DNA from: a virus | Taxonomy: Duplodnaviria > Caudoviricetes | Strand: one strand, 5' to 3' | Virus record (IMG/VR): IMGVR_UViG_3300021356_000138 | Location: 1-26,747 of that record | Length of the DNA stretch: 26,747 nt | In this document: positions 24,623 through 26,747 of the stretch, in pieces | Numbering within the stretch: position 1 is the first letter of the stretch | Layout of the letters: the number at the start of each line of letters is the position of its first letter | Notes under the pieces: model-generated | Told to the model about the DNA's origin: nothing | Database searches by the model: none | Seen by the model: the letters and a program-made list of their open reading frames with translations, nothing else | Made by a program: the position numbers and the translations under genes

Positions 24623-25085
24623 TGTTTACTTTTTTAGGTTCTTTATAAACTATTAAACCTTGATCCTTAGTATTTCTATATACTTGACCTCTATTTAAAC
24701 CTTCTACATAACTACAATGTACCCAGTTAGGACTATCGTCACCAAACTCCCATATTAATACATCAAACTTTAAATTATCTTTTATAAAGTTAAATATATC
24801 TTTATTAGATACATCAGTACCATCGTTGTCTATATCTATAGCTTGTCCTGTAATGTGTTTGCTATGCGATGTACCACCTACTAAACCATTTAATCTTTCA
24901 CACCTATACATACTACTTACATATATTGGTTTTTTAAAGTGGTCTCTTATGGGTTGAAATATATTTTCTGCAGTTAGTTTTAAGTTATCTATTTCTATAC
25001 CGCTAGGTGTGTTATCTATGTGTTTGCGTTTCGCAGTTTCAGATCTACACGCTTCTGCTAATGTTAAATTTTGTGAAAGTTTCAT
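24525..25085 (-). CDS. Endolysin, peptidase M15 family
   Basis: SMYR, SKHITGQAID (SxHxxGxAxD) and WVH zinc-ligand motifs. Confidence 0.9.
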   Translation of the reverse strand: MKLSQNLTLAEACRSETAKRKHIDNTPSGIEIDNLKLTAENIFQPIRDHFKKPIYVSSMYRCERLNGLVGGTSHSKHITGQAIDIDNDGTDVSNKDIFNFIKDNLKFDVLIWEFGDDSPNWVHCSYVEGLNRGQVYRNTKDQGLIVYKEPKKVNNEQKKKKVQGNKTRSVSTGEVRSIPKPSRDDS

Positions 25086-25234
25086 CCTATATAGTTTTTA
25101 ACGTACCACTTAAAAAATTGCGTTGCCCAAAATAATGTTAAAAATACCCATACTATTGAGTAAATCATATAAGGTACTTGTACCCAGAAAGCATCTTTAA
25201 TACCTTCCCAAATTTTATTTAAAAAGTTTTTCAT
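25082..25234 (-). CDS. 50-aa membrane peptide in lysis cassette (not in ORF track)
   Basis: MKNFLNKIWEGIKDAFWVQVPYMIYSIVWVFLTLFWATQFFKWYVKNYIG*; ATGA-coupled to the endolysin. Confidence 0.7.
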   Translation of the reverse strand: MKNFLNKIWEGIKDAFWVQVPYMIYSIVWVFLTLFWATQFFKWYVKNYIG

Positions 25235-25257
25235 AATACTATTTTTTTATAAAGTTA

Positions 25258-25401
25258 TTATTTTTTTAATAACTGCGATATTTTGATCACAGTATAAACC
25301 AACGTTGCTATTATTAGAAGTCCTTGTAATACTTCATTTATTTCTGCTATTGTTATTATATACACACTAATTCCTAATACTGTTGGTTCAAATCCATTCA
25401 T
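25258..25401 (-). CDS. 47-aa holin-like membrane protein (not in ORF track)
   Basis: MNGFEPTVLGISVYIITIAEINEVLQGLLIIATLVYTVIKISQLLKK*; two hydrophobic stretches and a basic C-terminus; starts 1 nt after the fibre stop. Confidence 0.7.
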   Translation of the reverse strand: MNGFEPTVLGISVYIITIAEINEVLQGLLIIATLVYTVIKISQLLKK

Positions 25402-25402
25402 T

Positions 25403-26746
25403 TTAATTTATTTTAAATGCCATATATATATAAGTTGCTCCACTTGTGTTGACTGATGAATGTGTAGATGCTGGTTGAAAACCTGTAGTTAAAAAATTAA
25501 TTTTAGCATTTGAATCATTAACTGTTTCAGCTTCACTTTCGTTTAGTTTTAATATATTATTATTTGGTGTGCTTGAATCTCTAACACTATCCCAAACTCT
25601 CCAACTACCTGTTGAGTCAGCTATTTTAATCATTATCCAATCAGGAGCAAAATTTAAAGTAACAGTTGGTCCTGTTGCACTTCCATTCCCAGTATAACTT
25701 CCAAACTTGCTATATCCAGATACTGAATGGAAACAGTAGGCAATATACTTTTGATTTAAAGCATTTACAGCACTCCAGCTACCTAAATTAAATATTGTAG
25801 ATGTTGGAGCTGTATTATTCCAAGGTGTAGATGCAGTTGCAGCTGCATTAGTATAATTTAATTCTAAATATTTTGTTGGACCAATTCCTGTATGATATAC
25901 TCCCCAAGTATAAGATGAACCACCTGCAGAAGTTGATTTTATTATCATCATTTCTGGAGCAGCACTTAATCCGTGAGGAACTTTAGTATTGTTACCAGTT
26001 CCTGTATATTCAACTATAGAGAAACCAGCGTTAGCGTTTGCACTTATTAATATTTCAGGTGGCCCACCTAAAGTTAAATCATCATTATCAGATGCAGTTT
26101 CATTATATAGTTCTGTTACTTGTTCTTGTGCTATAGCACCTTGATATATTCTAAACTGGTCTATTTTACCTGTAAAATTATTCCTTGTATTATCCCAATA
26201 TGTACCGATTGAATCTTGTTTTCCACTTAAAGAAGCTGCATTACCTGTATATGAATTAGTATCGACAACTGAACCATTAATATATAATTTCATTCCACTT
26301 GCTTTACTCCTTGTAAAAACTAAATGATACCAAGTATTTTCAGACAAACCTGTAGTTGAGACAAGATTACTTCCTGAATTCCAAATATCAACATCTAATC
26401 CAGTTGAACCTTTTAGGGTTATATTTATAATTTTTGTACCACCTCCAGTCCATAAAAAATCAGTAGAAACTGATGTAGCCCAAGAAGAAACATTAAACCA
26501 CAATGAAACACTAAAATCTGAATCATAATTAACCAAACTATTACCACTTGAAGCAAGAAACATAGTACTATTACTACCATTAAATTCTGCTGCTTTATTA
26601 AAATACCCTGTAACATAAGATACATTAGAAGCAGTTGCATTAAAATTCCCAGTTACATCATTCGCATTGTCCTCAAATTTATATACTGCTACCGCTGGTC
26701 CTCCATAGATTGTCGGCTCATTATCATCAGCTTTAAAAGCAAATGC
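25403..26746 (-). CDS. Tail fibre/adhesin with LamG (concanavalin-A-like) domain, 5' end truncated by the window edge
   Basis: The frame stays open upstream of the track's Met (…AFAFKADDNEPTIYGGPAVAVYKFEDNANDV…). LamG motifs: FSVSLWF, NTWYHLVFT, KLYING, FTGKIDQFRIY. Flanking GFSIVEYTG, HGL..APE, FGSYTGNG and YIYMAF repeat domains. Confidence 0.85.
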   Translation of the reverse strand, partial: AFAFKADDNEPTIYGGPAVAVYKFEDNANDVTGNFNATASNVSYVTGYFNKAAEFNGSNSTMFLASSGNSLVNYDSDFSVSLWFNVSSWATSVSTDFLWTGGGTKIINITLKGSTGLDVDIWNSGSNLVSTTGLSENTWYHLVFTRSKASGMKLYINGSVVDTNSYTGNAASLSGKQDSIGTYWDNTRNNFTGKIDQFRIYQGAIAQEQVTELYNETASDNDDLTLGGPPEILISANANAGFSIVEYTGTGNNTKVPHGLSAAPEMMIIKSTSAGGSSYTWGVYHTGIGPTKYLELNYTNAAATASTPWNNTAPTSTIFNLGSWSAVNALNQKYIAYCFHSVSGYSKFGSYTGNGSATGPTVTLNFAPDWIMIKIADSTGSWRVWDSVRDSSTPNNNILKLNESEAETVNDSNAKINFLTTGFQPASTHSSVNTSGATYIYMAFKIN

Positions 26747-26747
26747 A

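Noticed and set aside
26425-26640. 71-aa hydrophobic - strand ORF
   Set aside because: It is an alternative frame inside the fibre gene, whose true frame stays open to the window edge.
1-26747. Stop-codon reassignment (as in some Bacteroidota phages)
   Set aside because: Long genes are intact in the standard code, and TAA, TAG and TGA all end genes at sensible positions.
1-26747. Prophage, integration or lysogeny module; tRNA genes
   Set aside because: No integrase, repressor, att-like flank, host gene or tRNA-like sequence was recognised. Lifestyle cannot be determined from this window.

Overview
This window is an AT-rich segment of a tailed dsDNA phage genome, most likely a siphovirus of marine Flavobacteriia/Bacteroidota. 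The host inference rests on TTTG-N19-TAnnTT(T/A)G host-type promoters, the lack of obvious Shine-Dalgarno sites, and the protein families present. Almost all genes are on the - strand. In transcription order (right to left) they are: end of a LamG-containing tail fibre, lysis cassette (two small membrane ORFs, M15 endolysin, 3TM-family holin), an AT-rich repeat element, a NinG/SSB-like/SF4 helicase/sigma-like/nuclease module, terminase, a small divergent accessory cassette, tail genes, tape measure, prohead protease, scaffold, major capsid, tail tube, portal, adaptor and the start of another tail fibre. No integrase, polymerase, tRNA or CRISPR array was seen. The most notable signals missed by the ORF track are: (1) a likely programmed -1 frameshift at a T9 run in a tail-chaperone-like gene; (2) a bipartite motif A6-8-N10-12-TATTATATW-N3-ATG at fixed distance before five structural genes, a candidate leaderless late promoter for the phage-encoded sigma factor; (3) a 10-codon four-Cys micro-ORF in the head module; (4) a divergent small-ORF cassette behind terL; (5) an iteron-like repeat array; and (6) a lysis cassette with no recognisable spanin but an amphipathic peptide. 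All family calls come from motif recognition by eye; no searches were run.
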